Source: Eledone cirrhosa (lineage: Eukaryota). Taken from it: a DNA stretch of 64,000 nt. The stretch is taken from positions 60,512,001-60,576,000 of the forward strand of contig OZ024740.1 of the NCBI GenBank assembly GCA_964016885.1, in the 5' to 3' direction. Below are positions 13,383-25,869 of this stretch, piece by piece. The notes under the pieces were generated by a model. That model made no database searches. It was not told where the DNA came from and was given only the letters and a program-made list of their open reading frames with translations. A program made the translations under genes and the position numbers. Each line of letters begins with the position of its first letter. Position 1 is the first letter of the stretch.

Positions 13383-13476
13383 ACCCCGACAGCTGAGCTC
13401 CAGCCGTTTCGACGGCTAATTCTGGACTAAATGAAAATTTATCCTGGTATTTAAATAGCCGATCTTCTCAAGGGGT
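13383..13476 (-). ncRNA. Type I hammerhead, U3-A8 core, stable helix III
   Basis: Minus strand: ACCCC-TTGAGAA-GATCGGCTA..TAGCCGTC-GAAA-CGGCTG-GAGCT-CAGCTG-TC-GGGGT. Confidence 0.8.
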
Positions 13477-14588
13477 AATTCCATATATGGTCAAAGTGAT
13501 TGTCAAAAATCAGTAGTAATTCTGTGGTTGCAAATTAGTAGGGGAGATGGTGGCTAAACCTGCCAGTAGGAGAAAGAGGGGAGGGGGTGGAGTAGACCCA
13601 ATCAAGCGTTGGTAGTGCCAGCTACAGCTGGGCATGAGGTCAAAGAAGATACAGGGGAGGGGGAGGGGGAGGAAGTCGGAACGGTAGGTAGAACAATGGG
13701 GGGTAGAAATATATAGGAAAGAAAAAATACTGAGAGTGAAGAAAAGCAAATAAGTGTAAAGAAAAAAGTAAAGTAAATTAAATTCTACGACCTAGGTCTC
13801 AGGCTATTGTTAGGCTAGAATAAAATAAAGAAAGAAAGAAAGTAGTAAAGAAAGAAATAAATAAAGAAATAACGAAATAAGTAAAAGAACTAGGTGGGAC
13901 GAAATAGGCAAGGACCCTTTTAAGAGGTATAAGTACGTAAATGATACGGTGACGGGTCAACAAAAGGGGCCAAAATACTAAAGAGACTACCACGAAATAA
14001 ACAATAAAGGTTTCCATCCCGGGCCAGCAACGACCCAGTGCAGCAAAATGAACTTGTACGAGATAATAATTCTGAGTCCCGAGAAAAATATATACTAATG
14101 CTAACTCTAAAAGATCTAAAACAAGCTACATGAAAGTTCGTACGAAATAAAGGTAGAATACGGAGAAATAAATTCAGAATCCACCCCGCCCAGAAGAAAA
14201 GCGAAGCAAGAAATACTGAAACGAAAAAATAAGGCATAAGTGCCACTAAGAAATATAGAGGGCACAGAGAATAGTGGGAGCGGTCGGAAAAAGGGGGCAA
14301 GTATCCGGGGTATAAGCCAACTGCTATAAAGGGCGGAGTCCGCCAAATCTATCATAGACTAGGGGAGGGGGTGGTGGGGGTACTAAGGCTACATGGGGCC
14401 AAAGGGCAGCCTCGGGTGGGCGAGAAAAGACGCCGACAAAGGAGAAGAGCTGGGGTAGAAGGACTAAGGAGAGAGGGGGGAAGGAAATAAAGGAAGCGAT
14501 AAAAGAATACAAAGAAGATCTTACGTCTTCCTTGGCAAGCAGGGGTTACCCATTGCAAAATCGGCAAGTGGGGTGTTATAGCCCTAGT

Positions 14589-15728
14589 CTACCCCCTCGG
14601 GTCATTATGGGGTTTGAGGGCGAGGTAAGTCCAACGCAATCTATGTTTACATGCAGTGACCAGTTCATCTTTCTTGTTTAGGAGTTGGTCCGTCGAAAAC
14701 AGCATTTGTAAAGTTTCCTCCGAGCATAAATTGCACGGACGGCGTCCTCCCGTGTAAGAATTGGCTCTGGACAGTAATCTCCAAGTGAGATCATAGGTGA
14801 TGTTGTTGTCCTTGAGGTCCCATATGTGGCCCGAAAGTGTAGTGGCGTGACGCCGGGCCGGGTTTCGGAAGGTATGTCTATGTTGGTATAGCCGGGTCTT
14901 GAAGTCACATGCGGTAAGTCCTATATAGGCTTTGTTGGAGGTATCCGTCCTCACGTTGCACTGGTAGATCACATTACGGTCTCTGCATCTATTGTCGAGT
15001 GGGCAAATAGATCTATCCGGGCAGTTACACCTCCTGGTCGGTTCTCCACTGCTATTTAGGTTATTTCTGCCATCGGGGTTGAGTTTTTTGTTGTTAGAGG
15101 AGACGATGTTTTGTGCGAAGTTTGGTGTAGTGCTGTAAGAGAGTTTGTTGGTATTTTTGTTAATTATGTTGTGGTAGCGGTGTTGTAATGGGAAGTGTTT
15201 TTCAATGAGCCTAAAGAATAGTTTCCCGATGGGAGTTGTCACCTCTGCGTTGTGGGGAGGATTGAACCATGTTACATTGCGTGAGCGGCGGTGTCTCCTG
15301 CTGGTTCCGCTAATGGGAGCTGGACAGTAGGATATTTCCTCCCGGAAACCACTCCGCTTGAGGGCCTGGTTGTAATAAGGCGCATGTTCATCGAATATCC
15401 GCTCATTAGCTGACAAACGGGATATGCGGAGGGAGATGTTTTTGACCAGGTTGTTTGTGATGTTCCTAGGATGGTTTGATCGGCGGTGGATGTAGTGCAG
15501 ATTGTCATTAGGTTTCCTGTATGGGTAGTACAGGTCGTTATCGAGGTCGAGGGTCACGTCCAGGAAGTTTACTCGGGTCAGGGACGTTTGTAGGGTTATT
15601 TTAAATCCCCAGTCGCGGAAGAATCTGATTAATTGTTTCCGGACCCGATCTGTACTACTGGAGTTGTACCCTTTAAGGGTAAGGAGCCCATCATCACGGT
15701 ACAATCCACCACCGAATGCAGGAAACAT
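14589..15728 (-). CDS. PLE RT (C-terminal half) plus GIY-YIG endonuclease, truncated
   Basis: [31 protein letters not shown] linker, [20 protein letters not shown]. Confidence 0.9.
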   Translation of the reverse strand: MFPAFGGGLYRDDGLLTLKGYNSSSTDRVRKQLIRFFRDWGFKITLQTSLTRVNFLDVTLDLDNDLYYPYRKPNDNLHYIHRRSNHPRNITNNLVKNISLRISRLSANERIFDEHAPYYNQALKRSGFREEISYCPAPISGTSRRHRRSRNVTWFNPPHNAEVTTPIGKLFFRLIEKHFPLQHRYHNIINKNTNKLSYSTTPNFAQNIVSSNNKKLNPDGRNNLNSSGEPTRRCNCPDRSICPLDNRCRDRNVIYQCNVRTDTSNKAYIGLTACDFKTRLYQHRHTFRNPARRHATTLSGHIWDLKDNNITYDLTWRLLSRANSYTGGRRPCNLCSEETLQMLFSTDQLLNKKDELVTACKHRLRWTYLALKPHNDPRG

Positions 15729-15766
15729 ATCAGTGAGTTTGGCTATTAGGAATAATCCTATAAGAT

Positions 15767-16134
<368 letters not shown>

Positions 16135-16279
16135 CTTCTCTAAATATCAAATCTTCTCTAATATTTAACTCTTCTAACCCAAGCACTGAGCACACTCCGC
16201 TTCGGCTATTGGCATTTAGTAATCTGTATCGCACTTCTCTGTATCTCTCTATCGCTTCTTCTTCAGTGATATTATACCC

Positions 16280-16462
16280 TTTGGCAGTATCAGTAGAGGA
16301 TCGGACGCCATGCTTTGCAGCAAAGAGTTACGGCCCTTTATTATCTGAGTTCAAATCCCGCCGAGGTTAACTTTGCCTTTTATCTTTACAGGTTCGATAA
16401 AATAAAGTACCAGTAATACACTGGGATAATTGCTGGCCTTGTGCCAAAAGTAGAAACAATTA
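16280..16462 (+). mobile_element. Family A SINE
   Basis: Consensus match. Confidence 0.85.
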
Positions 16463-16472
16463 TATATATATA

Positions 16473-16768
16473 TACTAGCTAAACTACCCGTCCTTTGGAC
16501 GGTTCATGTAGCTTTCGATGTAGCTCATTAAACTAAACAAAGTAAATTTGAATACATAGAAGAAAAACGTACTTTATGTAAACATGAAAACCTTAGGCAC
16601 TATTCCAGCGAAATGATATTATTATCTTTGTTTCAAGTAGTATAAATTGCTGGTTGTGAAGTTATTATCTTTGTTTCAAGTAGAAGATTATAGATTGCTG
16701 GTTGTGAAATATACGAAATGATATTGTTATTATCTTTGTTTCAAGTAGAAAGAGTAAATTAAAACCTT
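16473..16768 (+). mobile_element. Non-autonomous Helitron/Helentron-like fragment
   Basis: Starts ACTAGCTAAACTACCCGTCC with a CCGTCC-TTT-GGACGG hairpin; three internal TTATTATCTTTGTTTCAAGTAG repeats. Confidence 0.45.
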
Positions 16769-19215
16769 TCATATTCCTTCAATAAGGTGCCGACCACCTC
16801 GATTTCTGAGGTGTTCGACACCATCACGGTGATGTCGCCCGCATAAGCCGACACCGCCTTTCCACGTCCCGGTCATGCCCTGCAACAGCTCCAGCTTCCG
16901 CAGTAAAGGCTCAAGAGTCAATACGTACAGAAGGGAAGAGAGAGAGCACCCTTGACAGACCGATCGGGAGAGCCGAAATGGTTCCGAGAGGTGGCCATTA
17001 ACCTTGACCACCGAGCGTGTGCCGCTGTGCATTGGAGCGATCCAGCTTCTGAAGACAGGGCCGAAGCCAGCTGCATTGAGGACAAATTCCAGATACCGAT
17101 GGTCGACCCTATCGAATGCTTTCGATTGATCTAAATTGATCATTGCCCCACAGAAGCCAGGTTTACACCCTACCCTCTCTATGATGTATCGCATGAGGTG
17201 GAGATTGTCGTGTATGGACCTGGCTGGGATTGCGCAAGTTTGCGCCTCCCCAACCAAATCCTCGACGACAAGCGCCAATCTCTTTGCTAACACCTTGGCC
17301 AAAATCTTAAACTCTGTGTTGAGCAGAGTTATGGGCCTGAAGTTGTCTAATGTATCCCTCTTGTTCTCGTCTTTCCTTATCAGCGTCACCACTCCCCTGC
17401 TCACAGAACTGGGAATACTCCCATTCTGCTGCCAGTTATAGTAAAGTGCTTCGAGGAGTTCGGAGAACAAGTCTGGCATATTTACGTAAAGCTCGTAGGG
17501 CAGGCCATCCAAACCGGGTGACTTGCGCCTCATGCAGCCGACAAGGGCGTCCTGAATTTCGGCTGAAGTAATCGGCCTTTCGCAGCGCTCAGCGTCGACC
17601 GTCGAGATGCGCGGCAAGCCGTCAAGGGAGGGACTGAAATCCGCTACTCTCTCTGACTCACCACTCTCCCCGAACAACCGAGCAAAGTGCTGGCGAAAGG
17701 CCTCACACATCCGCTTGGAATCGCTTATCTCGTGTCCGTCTCGGTCCGCCAAAGACCGAATTGTGGTTTTATTACCCCGCTGCACCTCCTCCACGCGGGC
17801 CCATCGAACAGCTTTGGTTCCCTCGTTTCTCAGCGCACGCGCCTTAGCTCTGACAATGCAACCTTCGTGTTTCGCATTGAAGAAATGGTCTAATGACATT
17901 CTCGCCACTAGCACGTCAGTTGCAATGCCACTATAAATAGCCTCATCTAATTTATCTACCAGCTCCCCCTCCTTTCTAGTTTTCTCTAACGCTAGTTCTT
18001 TGCTGAACTCTATCGAAGTTACTCTAATCTTTCTTTTGAGAGCCCCCACCATCTGTTGTTGATGATCCCCATGTCAACTTTTGCTTAACTAAATTGTTGA
18101 CTCGGTCCCTGTGAGCCTTACGTGCCGGAAATGACATGTTCAGCTTCCAGTAACCCGGTCCTAACCTACGCGTTTTATCTAGGTCGACCGTACAGATCAC
18201 AAATTTGTGATCTGAAGAGGCGACCGTTTTAAAAAGTGGGCAACCTACACTATTTCTATCTATTTTCCTAATGAAGATCCTGTCTATATACGATCTAGAT
18301 GACCCCATTCGGTTGGTCCATGTCCATACTGGCACATTGGGGAAATCTAGTCGATACCTGTCTGACATTTGGAACTGGCTGAGTAGGTGCTTGAGGCTTT
18401 TGCACCCCCCGCTCCTATCGGCTACTCCCACACGATCCCAGCATGCGTCTAAGATGCCATTCCAGTCCCCCACTAACAGTAAAGGGCGAGACATACCCAG
18501 AAAGGTCTCCAGGCGCCTAAAGAAGTCAGGTCGTCCGGCCCCTGTAGGGGCGTAGACGGCCAGCAGTCTAAAGGCACCACCTTCGCTACTGCTCACATCC
18601 AAGACCACCAACTTACCGTCCGGATCCCGGAAGATCGACCTTACCTCGAGATCCAGTCCTTTCCTAAACAGCACTGCCACCCCACCCCCCATTCCCGACC
18701 TGCTAACAGATGCGAAGATCTGATAGTCGTCGAAAATGGGGGCTAGTGCGCGCGTGTCGGAAATTCTGGTCTCGCTTACGGCAATCACATCCATTTCCAG
18801 CGACCGGAGGTCGTTGAGCAGGTGACCCTGCTTCCAGGGTGACCCCAGGCCGCGAACATTTAAACTTCCTACTCTTAATATGGCCATATTGGTAAGCTAA
18901 GAGAGAGAGAGGGAAGGTTTACTTACCTCCCGGGTCTTGTGAAGGTCGGGTGGTTCGACCTCCATGGTTGGTGGGGTTTCTTTTGGGAACCCCTTTAAAA
19001 GTCTTGATGTGCGTTTCACATTCGGGGTTCCCACGTCTTGAGGAAAGCTCTCTCGAATTTCTTTGAAGGAATTGAGTTACATTCGGACCATAATCAAATC
19101 TTCTGGCACGCAAAATGTGCTCATTTCAAAAATCTCTCCCTCTGTTTGAATGTCCTCGCTTCGCGCTAAGAGGGCCATCAGTTTATCGTTGGCCCTTCTG
19201 ACAAGCACGAAGTTT
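16769..19215 (-). mobile_element. L1/Tx1-clade LINE fragment (probable ORF1 end, APE, RT), disrupted
   Basis: 18024-18887 APE (SLNVRGL, SET, GDWN, SDH); 16769-18052 RT (KSPGLDGL, NFRPITLLN, DQSKAFD, QGC); frameshifts; YADD reads YAGD near 16840. Confidence 0.92.
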
Positions 19216-19216
19216 T

Positions 19217-19605
19217 TAATAATAATAATAATAATAATAATAATGAAATTATTTTGTACTGTGCTCAGGTGCTCTACAACTCATCAAAGGTGCATGTATA
19301 GTACAGAGAATAATGTTCTAATGTCAGGAAAATGAACAGTGTATGAATCATGAAATACTTGTGTGCCTGTGTATGAAGGGGGGATATCAGGTGTAGTGTT
19401 GGCGAATCTCGGGAAGCATGGAGGTTTTAAAGGATGCAGTGTCTCGACAGCTAACAACTGATGCAGGTAGTTTGTTCCATGCTTCAGCAACTCTGAGCGT
19501 GAAAAAATGTTTCCGAAAGTCATGGGAGCTGTGCTGTTTTCTGACTTTGTAGGCATGCCCACGTGTGTTAGACACATGGAAATCAAAAAGTAGCATCGAT
19601 GTTGG
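19217..19605 (-). mobile_element. CR1-group LINE 3' end with (TAA)n tail
   Basis: TRGHAYKVRK..RKHFFTLRVAEAWNKLP..SFK. Confidence 0.85.
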
Positions 19606-19862
19606 TAATTAATTAAGATATATAGTATTACATATATATATATTAGTAGGTCTAGCCGAGGTTTTTATTCACATGGAGTAATCTAATTAGCTTAGTTATG
19701 ATTATTTTAATGTATATGTGGATGTAATAAACGATAAATGTGAAAATTGAATGCACTACATGAAAGATAAGGATATATTGAACTAAGTATATTCTCCCGG
19801 GATATCATACTGCTTCGATACCGATTTATCTCTTTAGTATTGATAAAGAGGGGGTATATATA

Positions 19863-20005
19863 TATTAAAATAACAGATTAAAGCTTGAGCAAAGAATCGG
19901 TGCTTTCACCCTTAACGCGTTCAATCCTGGTCAAGAGTTTCAGAAGATCCCATTAAGGGTGAAAGCAACGATTCTTTGCTGAGACTTTAATCTGTTATTT
20001 TAATA
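19863..20005. repeat. Fold-back inverted repeat (53-bp arms), pLTR-like
   Basis: 19863-19915/19953-20005; degenerate HHR-like CAGAAGA-TCCC..GGGT-GAAA at the junction. Confidence 0.75.
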
Positions 20006-20093
20006 AATATTTGCTCTAGGGTTCTTATATATTTGATATATATTTATCCTTATCGAGCCCTCTTTGGATTTTAGTCTTCACAGTTATCATTAT

Positions 20094-20145
<52 letters not shown>

Positions 20146-20394
20146 TGGTGGGATAGGTCTAAAAATATTGGTTGCCAGATGAAGTGGGCCTACCTACATA
20201 TAGAATGCTATCATTTAATTTTTATAATGAATGAATACCATTTTCAAAAGATACATAAGTAGAAACAAAACAGTGCAATCAAATTTTTGCGGAAAAATAT
20301 CTTACCTTCTCCAATAAAGAATATTGCGTATTTCCAGAGACTTTCAATAATGATCTTTGGTCTTTCACACCCATTCAATATCTGTGTGTGTGCA

Positions 20395-20447
<53 letters not shown>

Positions 20448-20454
20448 ATGTATA

Positions 20455-20603
<149 letters not shown>

Positions 20604-20649
20604 TATATATATATATAGTATAAATATATAGTATATATATATATATTAT

Positions 20650-21481
20650 ATATATATATATAGTATAAAAAAACGAAAAATCAGTGATGCATCTGGACTC
20701 AGTTTATTGCGTGTTACAACTGCTGCGCCAGCAGGTAGCTCGAGACATGATCACTGTATGGATCTGGCTGATTCTACGGAATGACCGTTACTGACCCCAC
20801 GTGGGGCTCGGCAAGGGAGGCGACCCTTATTTTAGGCGGATGAATTCAGTATGTGTATAAAATTGCAAGAATGCAAAACATAACAAAACGAATAAAGCTC
20901 TCAACAGAATGGTTATAAGTTAACATAAGCTATTCATCAGTCGAAAGAATCAACTAAAAAAATCAAGAAAATTAACTGGTCAATAGCTAGACTCTGGAGA
21001 TTAATACAAATATAAATTAGCGAGAATCGTATTTCGGCTGAGGAATTAACGAAAAACAACTTCCGAGATGTGTGGCAAGCGCTCAATGATTCAGATGAAC
21101 CAGAGCTACAACATACGTTAAAGGGCAAACACACTGAGACGATGGTTAAACAATCATCCGCACAACCATAAAAACGACCAAGTTATTCGGGTCAAACAAA
21201 TAAAAATATATGTGATTGAAAATTTACCCGGACCCCTGGATGGTTGGTAAAATCCAGCATTTGGGTTTCTGCGACTCCTAAATCGAGTACTGTCCGATTA
21301 CACAAATAATGTTAGGCTTCTGGTAAGATGATTGAACAAGGAAGCCACTTTTTCTACAGGTTTTAGTTCGAGTGCAAATTTAAGGAATGACCGTTACCGA
21401 CCCCACGTGGGGCTCGGCAAGGGAGGCAACCCTTATTTTAGGCGGATGAATTCAGTATGTGTATAAAATTGCAAGAATGCA
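20650..21481 (-). mobile_element. Partial-tandem pLTR-like unit in (TA)n
   Basis: 98-bp direct repeat 20778-20875/21384-21481; degenerate CTGATGA..GAGAGCTT on the minus strand near 20895-20945. Confidence 0.55.
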
Positions 21482-21912
21482 TATATATATATATATGTGT
21501 ATATATATATATATTTATATATTTACTCTTGGAGCAACAGATATGAACTTTCCCGATATAAGGTATGACTCTCTTTGTTTATGTTTTATATGAATATTGA
21601 TTGTTTGTTCTTGTATCTTATTCTGTTATTTTACCCGAGAAAATATCTATGTGTGTCATCAAGCGATGCGCACACATGGTTATTTTTTCATATCCAATTG
21701 AGTTCTAGCACGTGGCTTGAATTCTTTTCAGAATTCATTGACCTGCGTATGTATTGTTTTTTGGCGGTAATCTCCTTCCTCCTATTTTCGAGACAGTGTG
21801 ATATTTTCTTTAGAGCTGCTGGACTAACAACCTAGCAGCTCCCCCAAGCACTGATGGTGATTATCGCTAAATATTGATGTTCATTTGATTATCAATATTA
21901 ATATTATTGGGC

Positions 21913-22037
21913 TCCCACTGAAGAATTATAAGAGCCCATTTGAATAAGTATCTGTTGATCTTATACAAGCTTCTACATAAATTGGCATAATTTCACCCAA
22001 CTTGTAGAAATCTTATAGTGAAACGAGTCGTCTGGGA
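21913..22037 (+). ncRNA. Type I hammerhead with a stem II domain of about 95 nt
   Basis: TCCCA-CTGAAGA-ATTATAAGA...TCTTATAGT-GAAA-CGAGTCG-TC-TGGGA. Confidence 0.75.
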
Positions 22038-22249
22038 AGAGATATATTTGATATATCTCATATGAAATGATACAGCCAATTTTCCACACAATACAATTAG
22101 TTAGCACCCCGAACGTTTAAATTAGGAATATACTCAGGTATTTCCTAATGTTTGTTGAGTGAGTTGGAATTTGGCCGGAGTATCGCTATTAGCTTTCTCC
22201 GATTATGTATTTATATATATATATATATATGCTAAATATATATATATAT

Positions 22250-22638
22250 ACACACGAACACACATCAAACAAAACACTATACACACACGCAAACGCATGC
22301 ACAGAGAAGACAAAAAAATAAACAAATAAATAAATAAATAAACAGACTAAATAAAGATGGCGTAAGCATACAATACAACGAGAGGAAACATAATAGCACC
22401 ACTGACGATGTTGCAGATGTGCAACGAAAGAACTTTGTTAGACTATATATATGTGTTTGTGTCTATATTGTATCTGTATTTTTGACCGTTGGTCAGTCAA
22501 TGGTAACATAGAGGACCGAATAAATTGAATTAACCGATATAAAAGACACAGAAGCGAAAACCAACCAAACAGTGAGTGTGTTCTGTTATTAATTCTGGCA
22601 ATATTATTACACAAATATGACCCTCTCCAAGTATAACT
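22250..22638 (+). mobile_element. HHR-like pLTR family ending ATGACCCTC.CCAAGTATAAC
   Basis: CTGACGA-T-GTTGCA-GATG-TGCAAC-GAAA-GAAC-TT at 22402-22435; related copies at 37718-37920 and 40391-40690 (minus). Confidence 0.6.
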
Positions 22639-23494
22639 ATATATATATATATATTATGTATGTTTGCATGCATGAATGAATACACTACGCTTTAGATCTA
22701 GTAGAATAAGAATGTACAACCACTAATTCCAGTTATTTGCACTATCGTATATTTTGGATTCTAGAAATTCCCTGGGGAAATGGTTGACCAAATGTTTTGC
22801 TTAATTGTTTTATATAGATTTTTTTTATGTTATTCTTTCTCTTAGATTTCAGGTATTTTTTTAAAGCAAAGCATTGGCCCCTAAAATATTACAGTGGGGC
22901 TTACAATGCTACTGTGGGCCCTCTGGGGCCCAATTGGCATTGGGCAACCTGGCAACCTGGCCAGTCCGCCACTGAATGTATGCATGTGTGTGTATGCGTG
23001 CATGCATGTGAGTATGTGTGTGTATGTGTGCGTGCGTGTGTGTGAGTATGTGTGTGTATGTGTGCGTGCGTGCGTGTGCGTGCGTGTCTATGTGAGTATG
23101 TGTGTGCGTATGTGTGTGTGTGTGTGTGTGTTGTATAATAGTAATGTGTCAACAGTTGTCTATACTTGTTTTTGATGAGGAGTTTGTAAATTAAGCTCTC
23201 ACGAGGAAGATTCATTAAAACGTTGTTATCTTCCCTTGTTACTTTAAATATCTTCAAATTAAATTTACATACGCTCAACAAATACACATCTTTTATACAC
23301 AAGTACAATCTCTCTCTTCTCTTTTACATACATTCATACATACATACACACATACATACATATATACATACATACACACATACATACATATATACATACA
23401 TACAGCTTGCCTGAACCTATTCCTCCAACATCATTGTGAAAATAATAATTGTTTCTACTTTAGGCACAAGGCCAGCAATTACCCAGTGCATTAC

Positions 23495-25735
23495 TATCAT
23501 CACAGATGAACGAGCAGCTGGAAGGAAAGGGGTTTGGGGATGTGCTGAACAACTCCTAATCAACAAAACTGCGATGTCAGAGGTGCGACAACTTAGGAGG
23601 AATATGACTACAGTCTGGCTGGACTACAGGAAAGCTTTCGATTCTGTTCCCCACTCTTGGATGATAGAGGCTCTCCAACTTGCTAAAGTCCCAGACATTG
23701 TTGTCAGAGCCATAGAGAAGCTGTCTTCTTCTTGGGCTACTATCCTAGGGTTAAAGACAGAGAGGGAGGACTCTATTTTCACTGATAAAATAAAATATTG
23801 CAGGGGTATATTTCAGGGAGACAGTCTCTCTGTGATATTATTCATCTTGTCATTAAACCCTTTGTCCTTTCTGCTCAAGAGATGTGAGGGATACATCATT
23901 GGCTCACAGGAGGACAGAAATATGAACCTAACCCACAATTTCTTTGTGGACGATCTGAAACTCTATGCCAAGAACATGGATTGGATAAAGAAAAATCTTG
24001 ACCTGGTTACAACGTTCTCAAAGGATATAGGAATGGAGTTTGGCCAAGATAAATGCTCATACATGACTGTAAAGCGGGGAAAAACAACAACCCAATCTAG
24101 CAACATTGTCATCAATGGCCTAACTGTTTCACCGATATCTGATGAGGACTGCTACAGATACCTGGGGATAGATGAGAACATATCCTATAATGGTATCTGT
24201 AATAAAGAACGCGTAACCAGGGAATACTACACCCGATTAAGAAAGATATGGTCATCGGAACTCTCTGCGCAAAACAAAATAGTGGCTCACAATGTGTTTG
24301 CTGTGCTTGTCCTAACACCAACGTTTGGAATACTCAATTAAACGATAGACGAAATCCGAGCAGTTGATGTTGGAACTCGAAAAATGTTAAACAACACCAG
24401 AAACTTCCACATCAACAGTGACATAGACCGCCTTTACTTGAAACGTAAGCAGGGAGGCAGAGGCCTAACATTAGTCCAGACAACATTTGAATGTCGCATC
24501 CTATCTCTACAACATCTACGAACCTCAAAGCGTAGGAACCTGTTTCTCGAGCAAGTCTATCTGCATGAAACAGATAAGATCATGAGATTTGGGAAGGAAC
24601 ACTTCGAGAGATATTCCCTGTGTGATAATCAAAACTCACACCCAGGGATGTCGCTCAGCAGTATCGCAGTGAATTCATGGATGAAAAACTGCATGCTTAT
24701 AAGCAAAAGATCATGCCTGGATATGTTGCCAGGAAGCTCCAGAGTGAGAGTAATATAGATAAGGAAAGTAGTCTATCTTGGACCAACAACCGCTATATTG
24801 GCTCCCACTTTGAAGGATATGTTTTTGCAATCCAAGAAAGGAGATTAGCACGAAATACCTGATTCACAAAAGATATAGGGATGCAGGCAAAACACCTAGA
24901 TGTGATAACAAGTGCAGACTCTGCAGAACTAGCATCGAGATTATCACCCATGTCATCAGCGGCTGTCCAAAGATGTCATCGCGGTACTATCTACCTATGA
25001 GGCATGATGTAGTGGCCAAAACACTTTACAATGCAGTTCGTAAAAAAAATAGCCCCGATAATAAACACATTAAAAGCTACAACAATGTGGAAGACATCCA
25101 TGGACATAATATGAAAGAGTACTAGTGGAATGTCCCAGTAAAAACCCCAATAAAATGCAGGCATAACAAACCAGATATTATGATATGGGACAGGGAGAAG
25201 AAAACATGCACAGTAGTGGAAATTAGCTGCCCAGCAGATGCCAATATAATATCAAAGATTAGCGAAAAGGAGAATATTTATGCAGAACTGATGAGGAATC
25301 TGCAGATACTCTAGCCTGATTACACCTTCAGATTTATGCCTGTGATTATTGGGGCACTGGGATATGTTAGTAACTGCCTCAATACAAATCTTGAGAAGCT
25401 AGGCTTCACAGGAACAGAAAGAACACAACTAGTTAGGAATTACAAGTACAATCCATTAATGGAACAGTAAAAATATGTAAAATGTTCCAAACATTTTGCA
25501 TCTAATAACTGCATATACACATGTACAGATACAAAGCATATACACATGCACACATACAACTCAAAACATACACATCCACACATACAATAACATCCATATC
25601 TACACAAGCAGACATGCATACATAATCTACCTAGTTGATGTTGTGTAAATTCCAATGAGAGAGTTTGAGTCTATGTTAGAAACTGACTCTCTCTCTATTG
25701 GTAAAACTTTGTGAAATTATAAAACCAGAAGAACA
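23495..25735 (+). mobile_element. R4/Dong-clade LINE, 5'-truncated, ending in (ACAT)n
   Basis: RT (WLDYRKAFDSVPH, GIFQGDSLS, FFVDDLKLY), CRLC..H..SGC knuckle, KPDIMIWD..VVEISCP RLE; stops and frameshifts. Confidence 0.92.
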
Positions 25736-25869
25736 TACATACATACATACATACACTCACACATACATACATACATACATACATACATACATACATACAT
25801 ACATACATACATACATACATACATACATACATACATACATACATACATACATACATACATACATACATT

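Noticed and set aside
23436-23494. N-terminus of the 301-aa RT ORF
   Set aside because: Derived from an adjacent antisense SINE tail, not a real start
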